Shown here one piece after another: positions 13,480-25,512 of a stretch of DNA of 64,000 bases. Made by a program: the position numbers and the translations under genes. The DNA is taken from NCBI RefSeq assembly GCF_006345805.1, contig NC_043003.1:78554001-78618000 (forward strand), written 5' to 3'. The stretch comes from Octopus sinensis (Eukaryota). Position 1 is the stretch's first letter. Each line of letters begins with the position of its first letter. The notes below the pieces were generated by a model. It worked only from the letters and a program-made list of their open reading frames with translations, did not search any database and was not told the DNA's origin.

Positions 13480-14560
13480 CCTATTTAGGTACAAAGCAGA
13501 CAATTTTGAAGGGATGGTAATAGTCGAAATCAAAACCAACACCGAAAAGATGAAAAGCAAAGTTGACCTCGGTACGATTTGAGATCAGAACGTAAAGAGC
13601 CGGAACAAATACTGCAAAGCAATTTTTCCAGCGCCCTGGCGAATCTACCAGCAACCCCACCCCACCCCACCCGTATGGTTCACATTCTGGCATAAGGCCA
13701 GCAACTTGGTGGGGTGGGGGAGGGGAGAGATTAATAGATCACACCGACCCCAGTGCTCAACTAGTTCTTACATTATCAACTCCAAAAAGATGAAAAAACT
13801 AAGTCGACCTCGGTGGAATTTGATCTCAGTTGGTAAAGCCGAAAGAAATGCCGTTAAGCAGTTTGTCCGGCTCAGTAACGATTCTAGCAGCTCGCCGCCT
13901 CCACTACTTTACATAATCCTGTTTTATTTTGGCACAAGGACAGCAATTTTGAGGGAAGCGGTATGTCGATTGCATCGGTCTCTAAGGTTCAGCCAGTACT
14001 TATTTTATCGATCCCGAAAAGATGAAAGGCAAAGTCAACATCTGCGGATTTAAACTCTGAAAGTGAAAAGTCGGAAGAATTTTTTGTTCGACGCGCTAAC
14101 AACTCAGGCATTTTGCCGCCTTCCCCTACTTTATAAAATGGTTTCAAATTTTAGCACAAAGCCAGCAAGTTTGCAGGAAGAGATAGGTCGATTTCATCGA
14201 CCCTAATGTTCAATTGGCTCTTATTTTATCGACTCCGAAAGAATGAATAGCAAAATCGACCTCGGCGAATTTTGAACTCAGAACATGAAGACAGAGGAAA
14301 CACCGCTAAGCATTTTGCCCAGTGTGCTAACGATTCTGCCAGCTCTCCGTCTCTTTTGGCACAAGGCCAGCAATTTCGAAGAGAAGATAAATCGATTACA
14401 TCGGTCCCTAGTGTTCAACTGGTACTTATTTAATCGGCCCCGAAAGGATGAAAGGCAAAGTCAACCTCGACGGAATTTTAACTCTGAAAGTAAAAAGTCG
14501 GAAGAAATGCCAAACAGCATTTTGTTCGACGCAGTAACGATTCTGCTTGCTCACCGCATT
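13480..14560 (-). mobile_element. Cluster of about five old family A SINE copies
   Basis: Repeated degenerate GAAAGGATGAAAGGCAAAGTCGACCTCGGCGGAATTTGAACTCAG. Confidence 0.75.
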
Positions 14561-15014
14561 CGTCTACTTATTATAATAAAAACAAAACAGACGCATCAAT
14601 TCGTTGGCGAACTTGCCAAGCCACATGTGAAAATTGCAATTCAGTCGTACTTTACTAAAATAACTGACAACGTCGTCACACCTAACACAAATTTGCACCA
14701 CAAAACACGACAAACAGGATTTTCCCAGCACGCGTATACAATCTCAGCTTTATCATTGGCTGCCTTTGTTTAGCATCGTCGCTGATTGGTAGACTAGCAG
14801 AAAAACTGATTTTTTGGGTTAACATAGGTATAAGCCTATATATACATACATACATACATACATACATACATACATACATACATGCATACATGCATACATA
14901 CATACATACATACATACATACATACATACACACATACATACACACACACATATGCATACATTCATATGCAATAATACACATGCTCTCCCTCTTCTCTCTC
15001 TTTCCCCTCTATGC

Positions 15015-15046
<32 letters not shown>

Positions 15047-15134
15047 GTATATTTATATATATATATATATATTATATATATATGTATATTATATATATGT
15101 ATATGTGTATATATATATATGTATATATATATAC

Positions 15135-15205
<71 letters not shown>

Positions 15206-15247
15206 TATGCATATATATATATATATACACACACACATATAAATATA

Positions 15248-15329
<82 letters not shown>

Positions 15330-15378
15330 TGCATATATATATATACACACACATATAAATATATATATGTATATACAT

Positions 15379-15409
<31 letters not shown>

Positions 15410-15598
15410 CTAAGCAATAAAGGGTTTAGCAACGAATTGCCTTACTACAGACCGAATTTAGAAATAGCAGTCAAAGAGTTATAGCTATTTCTTCTACTAA
15501 AAAGGGAGATCTCAGTAAAAAACACAGCAATTGGAAGGCAGACACAAACAAGTAAGAGAGAATGAATTGACGGCAATCTATCATACAATTTTAAGTTA

Positions 15599-15700
15599 TC
15601 TACGGACGCACGTTTCGAAATCAAGTTTTTAGGAAAGCATAAGAATTAAATATTAAATAATTCTACCTTACCCAAACTATTCTTTTCTCTTCAGCGTAGA
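15599..15700 (-). ncRNA. Type I hammerhead ribozyme, second intact copy
   Basis: Reverse complement of the 16671-16770 motif with a 2-nt longer stem II; core intact. A third, truncated and mutated copy lies at 16197-16245. Confidence 0.85.
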
Positions 15701-16670
15701 ATACTATAATCATAAATGATTATATATTGAATTTTGAGATACTAGAAGGCACCAACTCAACTCAGTATCAGAGCGCGCTAGAATCCTCAACTAGTATCAC
15801 CAAATTCAAAGTGTGAATGAAAAGATTGTGTCACCAGCCCCTTCCCACCCGCGTGTAGCCAAAACAAGATGCTGTGGTCATCTACCGAGATAAAATATGG
15901 TTATCCGTAATAATGAAGGGTGAAATTAATTAATTTGGAATAATTATCAATTACACCAAGTAGTCTTCGGCATGTAAAAGCCTCGTTCGAGGAAAATTTA
16001 AGTAATACTAAGCAATAAAGGGTTTAGCAACGAATTGCCTTACCACAGACCGAATTTAGAAATAGCAGTCAAAGAGTTATAGCTATTTCTTCTACTAAAA
16101 AGGGAGATCTCAGTAAAAAACACAGCAATTGGAAGGCAGACACAAACAGGTAAGAGAGAATGAATTGACGGCAATCTATCATACAATTTTAAGTTATCTA
16201 CGGACGCACATTTCGAAATCAAGTTTTTAGGAAAGCATAAGAATTGCTATGTTTTTTACTGAATCTCCCTTTTTAGTAGAAGAAATAGCTATAACTCTTT
16301 GACTGCTATTTCTAAATTCGGTCTGTGGTAAGGCAATTCGTTGCTAAACCCTTTATTGCTTAGTATTACTTAAATTTTCCTCGAACGAGGCTTTTACATG
16401 CCGAAGACTACTTGGTGTAATTGATAATTATTCCAAATTAATTAATTTCACCCTTCATTATTACGGATAACCATATTTTATCTCGGTAGATGACCACAGC
16501 ATCTTGTTTTGGCTACACGCGGGTGGGAAGGGGCTGGTGACACAATCTTTTCATTCACACTTTGAATTTGGTGATACTAGTTGCGGATTCTAGCGCGCTC
16601 TGATACTGAGTTGAGTTGGTGCCTTCTAGTATCTCAAAATTCAATATATAATCATTTATGATTATAGTAT

Positions 16671-16770
16671 TCTACGCTGAAGAGAAAAGAAGTTTGGGTA
16701 AGGTAGAATTATTTAATATTTAATTCTTATGCTTTCCTAAAAACTTGATTTCGAAACGTGCGTCCGTAGA
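16671..16770 (+). ncRNA. Type I hammerhead ribozyme with long stem II
   Basis: Stem I TCTACG/CGTAGA; core CTGAAGA (16677-16683); stem II 16684-16752 (GAAA/TTTC, AAGTTT/AAACTT, AGAATT/AATTCT); GAAA 16753-16756; CGTGCG; GUC cleavage triplet ending at 16764. Confidence 0.85.
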
Positions 16771-17066
16771 TAACTTAAAATTGTATGATAGATTGCCGTC
16801 AATTCATTCTCTCTTACCTGTTTGTGTCTGCCTTCCAATTGCTGTGTTTTTTACTGAGATCTCCCTTTTTAGTAGAAGAAATAGCTATAACTCTTTGACT
16901 GCTATTTCTAAATTCGGTCTGTGGTAAGGCAATTCGTTGCTAAACCCTTTATTGCTTAGTATTACTTAAATTTTCCTCGAACGAGGCTTTTACATGCCGA
17001 AGACTACTTGGTGTAATTGATAATTATTCCAAATTAATTAATTTCACCCTTCATTATTACGGATAA

Positions 17067-17159
<93 letters not shown>

Positions 17160-17756
17160 GTTTATATATATATATATTTATATATATATTTGTATGTATA
17201 TACATATATATATTTATATGTGTGTGTATATATATATATATGCATATATGTATGTATCTATCTATATAATTGGTCGCACTCAATGTAAGTGTTTTGCTTA
17301 TTCGCCGGTTCCCTTCAGAATAGCGCTTTGGGGACGACTGCCTCATAGCACTGAGTGTTTTAACACCCAGTGCTATGCGTGGGATCATTGCACTGCTAGG
17401 GCATTCACTCATTTTCTCATCTTTGTTAAATTTTTATCGATAAAAATTCTTATGCAGATGAATTTGTAGCAGCTGATGTTTCCTGAGTTGTAGCTGACGT
17501 CTCCGGTATTCCAGTTGAGAAATTTGCACGAGTTTTTCTTGAATATTATAATAGAGATCTAGTAATTATTTTTCAATACCAAATCTTTCAATTTTTTTTT
17601 TTTCGTTTACTGTGTATTGAGTATGGCTTTGAAGCAGTCGATTATTTGCAGGCTGGGTTTTGTCGCAGTGCACTGTGCCTTGAGAAATGTCGGGCCCGAG
17701 CTGACCAATGCCTAATGAGTAAATTTGTTGAAAGGAAACTGTGGAAATCTGTCGTA

Positions 17757-17793
<37 letters not shown>

Positions 17794-18186
17794 CTCCTAC
17801 ACCACCCGACAACCGCAGCTAATTTGTTTACGATCTCATAATGTAGCGGTTCAGCATAGGGGGTCCGACAAAATAAGCACCAGACTTTAAAAAAAAGGTA
17901 CCGGGGTCGATTTGTTCAACTAAAATCCACCAAGGAAGTGCTCCAGCATGACCGCAGTTCAATAACTGAAACAAATAAATGATAAAAGATTATGGTAAGC
18001 ACGGCACCGAATCATTTGAGACGGTTCTAAGAAATATATACTAATATATTTTTGCTATATCCGTTTTTGTGATGATGATAAAAATAACAGAAAATTTATT
18101 GTTAAAATGCTCATTGTAGTCCCTAAAGATGAAAGACGTTTGTCTGGGATTTAAAGGTTTCATTTTATCATCCACAGGAACTGTCT

Positions 18187-18588
18187 GCGGCGAGCTGGCA
18201 GAAATGTTAGCGCGCCGAGCGAAATGCTCAGCGGTATTTCGTCTGCCATTACATTCTGAGTTCAAATTCTGCCGAGGTCGACTTTGTCTTTCATCCTTTC
18301 GGGGTCGATAAATTAAATACCAGTTTCGCACTGGGGTCGATGTAATCGACCTAATCCGTTTGTCTGTCCTTGTTTGTCTCCTCTGTGTTTAGCCCCTTGT
18401 AGGTAGTAAAGAAATAAGTATTTCGTCCGCCGTTACGTTCTGAGTTCAAATTCTGCCGAGGTCGACTTTGCCTTTCATCCTGACGGGGTCGATAAATTAA
18501 GTACCAGTTACACACTGGGGTCGATCTAATCGACTGGCCTTCTTCCCACCAAAAATATCGGCTCTTGTGCCTAGAGTAGAAAAGAATA
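18187..18588 (+). mobile_element. SINE family A, tandem dimer
   Basis: Head GCGGCGAGCTGGCAGAAATGTTAGC and two copies of the core. Confidence 0.9.
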
Positions 18589-18923
18589 TAATCAGGAGTG
18601 TTCATATGCCGTTCTTGTAATATTTTGTTATAGATTTGTCACGGATGGAACGCTATTGATTCTAGGTATGCTCTGTATGATGTGTTAGCTCAGGGAAAAC
18701 AGACCAACGCACGAGCCGAAATTAAAATATAAGGACTTCATCATGAATACCTTGGAAAAGGCAAAAATTGAAAGGGCGTTCAAACCAGTGCTTTCTGTGA
18801 CAGAAATACAAGCATACATACATACATACATACATACATACATACATACATACATACATACATACATACATACATACATACTGTTAGCGATTTCTTTTCC
18901 TTCTTTGGATTTTTCCCATTTTC

Positions 18924-18959
18924 CTTTCAGACGAAGAGCTATGCTCGAAACGTCAAAAG
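18924..18959 (+). ncRNA. Degenerate minimal hammerhead-like motif
   Basis: CTTT-CAGACGA-A-GAGC-TAT-GCTC-GAAA-CG-TC-AAAAG; U4 replaced by A; downstream sequence resembles the 23274-24300 repeat unit. Confidence 0.55.
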
Positions 18960-19099
18960 TTCTCTCCTTTTACTGAGCATCAAATTAATACATTCCTTGT
19001 TCACGTCCTCTTCTCTGTTATTGTTAATTTTATTATTCGTTTGTTTGAAATGATTGTTTATTTGAATTGATCATATGTGTGTGTGTGTGTGTAATTTTA

Positions 19100-19525
19100 T
19101 AAAATAAGTTAGATGGCCTCATTGTCCCAGCAGAGAAAATGGAAAAGATGTTGTCCTGGAGGATAGCGAGGGAGATGCACTGGAACAGCCACACTGACCA
19201 ACGAAGCTCGCACTTGCGAACAGCCATCTCCGCCCCGATAGTGGTGTGCAGGGATATGGTTCACTGGCCGAGAACGCCGGAGGTCTCCATTGCCACAGGT
19301 TCGACCATAAACCCGTCAGAGAACGATCAGTACTTTGACAGTTTGCTTTTATCAGCTTGAAGAGCAGTAGAGCCTGGGCTGGTAGCTGAACACACTAAGT
19401 TGACGCTGGAGAAGGTCTCACAGCATGTGGCGTCCAAGATGAGGGGGCCTACCGCCACAGAACGGGAAAACTGTCATATCGTCAGGCCTTTTACCGTCCC
19501 CTCGGTCTAGCCCCGCTGGCTTGAA
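19100..19525 (-). mobile_element. 3' fragment of a CRE-clade-like non-LTR retrotransposon (restriction-like endonuclease domain)
   Basis: KPAGLDRGDGKRPDDMTVFPF...LDATCCETF...KLSKY...PVAMETSGVLG...LFQCISLAILQDN, with one frameshift and two stops. Confidence 0.78.
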
Positions 19526-19870
19526 CTAATGGCTGGAAAAACCTCGTTCTAGATCGTTCATCGTGGAGAGGAGCAGTGCATGTTGAAAGAAAGGAATTCG
19601 AACGAAATCGTATCGAACATGAAAAAGCTTAAGAGTGATGTTCGTAATGGTCTTGATATAAATTTTCGTAGAAATGTTTGCGTATAGTCCGATTTTACAT
19701 ATGTAACGAGTGTGGTTGTGTCTGTGTTTGTAACCGTACATTGTATGGCGTCACTATTTGCAATGAATGTGGGAAAAAATGTGCGTCAGGAGGTGGTCTG
19801 AAACGTCATATGAAGGCTCACCGAAACACCTACTGCATGAGGCACCCATCATTGTCACATTAGTGCAAAA
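19526..19870 (+). mobile_element. 3' fragment of an RTE-like LINE with terminal C2H2 finger
   Basis: WKNLVLDRSSWRGAVH...FERNR followed by CNECGKKCASGGGLKRHMKAH. Confidence 0.7.
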
Positions 19871-20513
19871 GAGAATAAGTTCATAGCGAGACTAAAAAGC
19901 CATGTCCATTTTGCCCGTGTTTAGGAGAACAATCAAGCGATGGCACTACTCGAAACCGAGTTGCAACCATCATGTATGTATGTATGTATGTATGTATGTA
20001 TGTATGTATGTATGTATGTATGTATGTATGTATGTATGTATGTATGTATGTATGTATGCAAGGATGTGTGTATAAATGTATGTATGTATACAAGAATGTA
20101 TTACGTATGTATGATCGTATGAATGTATGTATGTTTGCGTGCGTGTGTGTGTGTGTGTGTGTGTGTATAATCATTTAAATATCAATATTCGTACTTCCTA
20201 GTATTTGTATGTATATATCATTACATAAATTTTAAATCACTTTAAGGCTTATGAGTTGGTAGAATCGTTAGTGCACCGGTAAAATTGCATCGCAGCATTT
20301 CGTCCGTCTCTAAGTTCGAGTTCGAATTCCACGGATGTCGAGCTAGCCTTTCATTCTTTTCGGGGTCGGAATAATACGTGCCATTTGAGCACAGAGGTAG
20401 AAATTGCTGGTCTTGTGCCAAAATTTGAAATAAGACACTGGGTACTCTATAGCAGTTGTATTAAAATATACAGCATTGTATTAAAATAAGTTGTATTAAA
20501 ATATACGAGCAAA

Positions 20514-20683
20514 TCAACCCCAGGACTTATTCTTTGTAAGCCCAGTACTTATTCTATCGGTCTCTTTTGCCGAACCGCTAAGTAACGGAGGCGTAAAAAC
20601 ACCAGCATCGGTTGTCAAGTGATGTTGGGGAGACAAACACAGACACACAAATACACACACACACACACACACACACACCACAC

Positions 20684-20733
<50 letters not shown>

Positions 20734-20905
20734 CATATATACGACGGGCTTCTTTCAGTTTCCGTCTGCCAAATCCACTCACAAGGCTTTGGTCGGCCCG
20801 AGGCTATAGTAGAAGACACTTTCCCAAGGTGCCACGCAGTGAGACTGAACCCGGAACCATGTGTTTGGTAAGCAAGCTACTTACCACTAAGCCACTCCTA
20901 CGCCT
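20514..20905 (-). mobile_element. SINE family B
   Basis: Head GGCGTAGGAGTGGCTTAGTGGTAAGTAGCTTGC on the minus strand; internal (CA)/(TA) tract; matches the other family B copies. Confidence 0.9.
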
Positions 20906-21743
20906 ATATATGTATGTATGCATGTACGTATGTATGTATGTATGTATGTATGTATGTATGTATGTATGTATGTATGTATGTATGTATGTATGCATGTACG
21001 TATGTACGTATGTAGGTATGTATGTATGTATGTATGTATGTATGTATGTATGTATGTATGTATGTATGTATGCATGTATGTATGTATGTGTATACATATG
21101 TGTCTGTGTATGCGTGCGCGCGTGTGTATGTGATTATATCGTACCAAAACCTACGCGCGCCCTATACGGCTTTGCTATAAACGCTCAACAGCTGAAAAGT
21201 TTTGAACGACACCTGACGTCTTAAACTGATTACGCTGCCAGTGACGTCATTTTCCTTTCATCATGTATCAAGTGGATCTTGTTTAAGATTCATGAGTAGC
21301 AGTTTTGGCAAGTGGCGATAGCGTGAAGATAATTCATTCCAAGAACTAAAAGAGTCGACCATGTAATTGCTGAAGCATGGCGCGTTTGTCTCATGAAAGC
21401 GGGGGATTCTTGGAGAAATACAATATATATCGTGCTGACAACGCCACGTTCAATTATATTAGATTTCCAAATTATCCATTAACAATTTGAAATGAAGAAC
21501 GGAGTCCAGGGAAACCATAATTGTCTACCTCGGAAAAAAAATAAAGCGCGCCGGACAAAATGCTTTGTGGTATTTCTTCCGGTTTTACATTCTGAGTTCA
21601 AATATCCTCAAGGTTGACACTACAGTTCAGCATATCGTAATCGATGAAATAAGTACCAGTTGAGTACTGAGGTCGATGTAATCGACTGTCCTCCCCACCA
21701 ACATTTCAGGCCTTGTGCCTATAGTAGAAATAATAACAATAAC

Positions 21744-21779
<36 letters not shown>

Positions 21780-22000
21780 CTTATTAACTGGAACAGCTCA
21801 TGTACTGAGAAGAGCACTATCGCTGTGAAAATAACATCCATCCATGAATTTATTTAGTTATTAATTTTTAAATACATATTTTATCTTTGAATTTGCGCGT
21901 GTAATCTGGGAATGCATACAATGCCCTTCTCTACCCTAGGTGTATGGAAAACACTCGGCGAGAAACGGAAGAAAATTTGAAGACAGAAGGATAAAACATG

Positions 22001-22068
<68 letters not shown>

Positions 22069-22270
22069 CCTTTCTACTATAGGTAAAAGGCCTGAAATTG
22101 TGGGGAGGGGGTAGTCGATTACATCGATCCTCAGTACTCAACTGGTATTTAATTTATCGACCCCGAAAGGATGAAAGGCAAAGTCGGCCTCGGCGGAATT
22201 TGAACTCAGAACGTAGCGGCAGACGAAATACCGCCAATCATTTCGTCCAGCGTGCTAACAATTCTGCCAA

Positions 22271-22317
<47 letters not shown>

Positions 22318-22340
22318 ATAATAATAATAATAATGATAAC

Positions 22341-22372
<32 letters not shown>

Positions 22373-22550
22373 CGACGACGACGACGACGATAATGATAAT
22401 AATCCTTTCTACTATAGGCACAAGGCCTGAAATTTGGGGTAAAGGGAATAATCGTTTACATGTACATCAGAGTTTCACTGGTACTTAATTTATCGACCCC
22501 GAAAGGATGAACGGTAAAGTCGACCTTGGCGGAAATAATAATAATAATAA

Positions 22551-22955
22551 TCCATGCCCTGATGCAGTACCAGGTAGTGGCTCTCATGGCTATGCCCTGA
22601 TGTAGGACCAGGCAGTGGCTCTCATGGCTATGCCCTGGTGCAGTACCAGGCAGTGGCTCTCATGGCTTCTGATCTTAACTGATGTACATTGTTTTGTCTT
22701 GGTATAAAAGATGGGCTACAACAAATATTCTGATCAAAAACCACAGATTTGCTTGTCAATTGTTTGATCTTGACCAGTTGAGCATGTCCCTTAGTGGCTG
22801 ACGATATGTGCATCTCTGACCACGAGCAGAAGTAGTTGGGGAGCATCATAGCCATGTGTTGAGAGGAATTCTTTGGGGTTTGAATAATTCACCTCTGGAA
22901 ACATGGGTGTTTCATTCAACATCCTTAAACAACCCTTATTCAGGGACCTTCGCGA
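22551..22955 (-). mobile_element. SINE-like repeat (family E) with a triplicated ~37-bp terminal unit
   Basis: TGCCCTGATGCAGTACCAGGCAGTGGCTCTCATGGC x3; related fragments at 43190-43345 and 49385-49550. Confidence 0.7.
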
Positions 22956-23273
22956 TGCCTTAACTAATAGCTTTCTTTAATCTATTTCTTTCTATTCTTA
23001 AATCTTTGCTAAAAGTTATCGATTCTACTCTAATCGTTCTCTTCAGAGCGATCCACCGCTGGTTGTTGACGATTGCCCCCGTCAACTGCCACTTAACTAA
23101 TCCGGTTCCTATAGTCTTTGCAATCTGGTAAGGACGCATCCAACTTATCGGGGTAGGGTGGGGGGAATCGGATCGTGTGAATTTTCCGAAAGTCTTCTCC
23201 CCACCCCCGGTTCGTTTGCGCATATTTTGATTTCCAGATTCGTTTTCTACACACCTTTTGCATACATACATAT

Positions 23274-23446
23274 CTCTCTTCCTTTCTGTTGAAGAGCGTA
23301 GGCTCGAAACATAAAAGACTTTCTCACTTCCCGAGCGTTAAACTAATACAACTGTTTGTTGTTTACACACCCGTCTTCGTCCTTTGTTTCTTATTTGTAA
23401 AATCTCACTATATACATGCATGCATGCATACATACATACATACATG

Positions 23447-23516
<70 letters not shown>

Positions 23517-23764
23517 CATAGCCACTATACCTTTTTCTATGCCTGTTTATTTCTGTGTTCCTTCTGTCGAAGAGCGTAGGTCGAAACGTAAAAGACTTTC
23601 TCACTTCCCGAGCGTTAAACTAATACAACTGTTTGTTATTTACACACCCGTCTTCGTCCTTTGTTTCTTATTTGTAAAATCTCACTATATACATGCATGC
23701 ATGCATGCATACATACATACATACATGCACACACACCACACACACACACACCACACACACACAC

Positions 23765-23834
<70 letters not shown>

Positions 23835-24047
23835 CATACATAGCCACTATACCTTTTTCTATGCCTGTTTATTTCTGTGTTCCTTTCTGTCGAAGAGCGT
23901 AGGTTCGAAACGTAAAAGACTTTCTCACTTCCCGAGCGTTAAACTAATACAACTGTTTGTTGTTTACACACCCGTCTTCGTCCTTTGTTTCTTATTTGTA
24001 AAATCTCACTATATACATGCATGCATGCATGCATACATACATACATG

Positions 24048-24100
<53 letters not shown>

Positions 24101-24300
24101 ATATATATATATATATATATACATACATAGCCACTATACCTTTTTCTATGCCTGTTTATTTCTGTGTTCCTTTCTGTCGAAGAGCGTAGGTTCGAAACGT
24201 AAAAGACTTTCTCACTTCCCGAGCGTTAAACTAATACATCTGTTTGTTGTTTACACACCCGTCTTCGTCTTTTTGTTTTGTTTTTTTTGTAAATTCCAAG
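23274..24300 (+). repeat. Four-copy tandem array (periods 278/323/287 bp), each unit with a minimal hammerhead-like motif
   Basis: Cores CTGTYGA-A-GAGC-GTAG-GYTC-GAAA-CGTA-AAAG start at 23286, 23564, 23887 and 24174; units differ mainly in the length of the embedded microsatellite. Confidence 0.85.
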
Positions 24301-24464
24301 AATATATTTAAGCTTGGGAATGTTAACAATGACTTTTATAATGAAACTTCGGAATATATGGCGGTAATTTTATGATTAATCACTCGTTTTTCGCAATATT
24401 TCAGAAATTACCTCCTCTGTCCGTGTATTCGTTAGTCATGACGTTCCTTTAAAAGTTGACGTTA

Positions 24465-24650
24465 CTCTTTCACTTGTTTCAGTCATTTGACTGTGGCCAT
24501 GCTGGAGCACCACTTTCAGTCGAACAAATCGACCCCAGGACTTATTCTTTGTAAGCCTAGTTACTTGTTTTATCGGTCTGTTTTTGCCGAACCGCTAAAT
24601 TACGAAACACACCAGCATCGGTTGTCAAGCGATGGTGGGGAGGGAGACAA

Positions 24651-24688
<38 letters not shown>

Positions 24689-24930
24689 TATATATATATA
24701 TTATATATATATTATATATATATATATAATATATATATATATATACGTATAAATATATATATATATATATATACGACGGGCTTCCTTCAGTTTCCGTCTA
24801 CCAAATCCACTCAAGGCTTTGATCGGCCCGAGACTATAGTACCTTCCCAAGGTACCATGCAGTGGGACTGAACCTGGAACCATGTCGTTGGTAAGCAAGC
24901 TACTTACCTTACAGCTACCCCTGCACCTAT
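24465..24930 (-). mobile_element. SINE family B
   Basis: Similar to the 20514 and 25280 copies. Confidence 0.85.
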
Positions 24931-25279
24931 ATGAAATTCTAAAATATATCAAAAATGTTAGATAATAATATTAAGTACTGTTTGTACTCTATTCTTTCCT
25001 AATGTACTCTTGAAATATTCTGAACTATTTCCTCCTCACTTACTTAATTACACGATGTCATAAAATTCATTGTCACCTGAACTATCTCATTAGATTATAA
25101 AAACAAATCCTATAAATATGTTTAGGAAACCTGTAATTAGTCGTACTGTGAAATTAAGACGGAGAAAATACTAGTGCCAACCTGTGGTGGAAACATTAAA
25201 TAACACGTAATAATTAACATTGGTAAGGTAAGTTGGTGTGACGCGAGAAAAAGTGAGTTTTAATATTTCGGGGAGAATC

Positions 25280-25475
25280 TCTCTTTTTCTTGTTTCAGTC
25301 ATTTGACTGCGGCCATGCTGGAGCACCGCCTTTAGTCGAGCAAATCGACCCCAGGACTTATTCTTTGTAAGCCCAGTACTTATTCTATCGGTCTCTTTTG
25401 CCGAACCGCTAAGTGACGGGGACGTAAACACACACCAGCATCGGTTGTCAAGCAATGCTAGGGGGACAAACACAA

Positions 25476-25512
<37 letters not shown>

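Larger units (their letters stand above)
15408..17070. mobile_element. Head-to-head pair of ~1.4-mer tandem arrays of a 596-598-bp hammerhead-containing unit (Penelope-like pLTR / retrozyme-like)
   Basis: Left arm 15408-16245 has period 598; right arm 16242-17070 is the inverse with period 596; both run out into (AT)n; AATT microhomology at the junction. Confidence 0.85.

Noticed and set aside
19750-19825. C2H2 zinc finger as a host zinc-finger gene exon
   Set aside because: Single finger directly downstream of frameshifted RTE-like C-terminal sequence; no linker array or convincing splice sites.
21242-21249. Perfect cAMP-response element TGACGTCA
   Set aside because: One 8-mer in 64 kb is compatible with chance; no linked gene start is visible.
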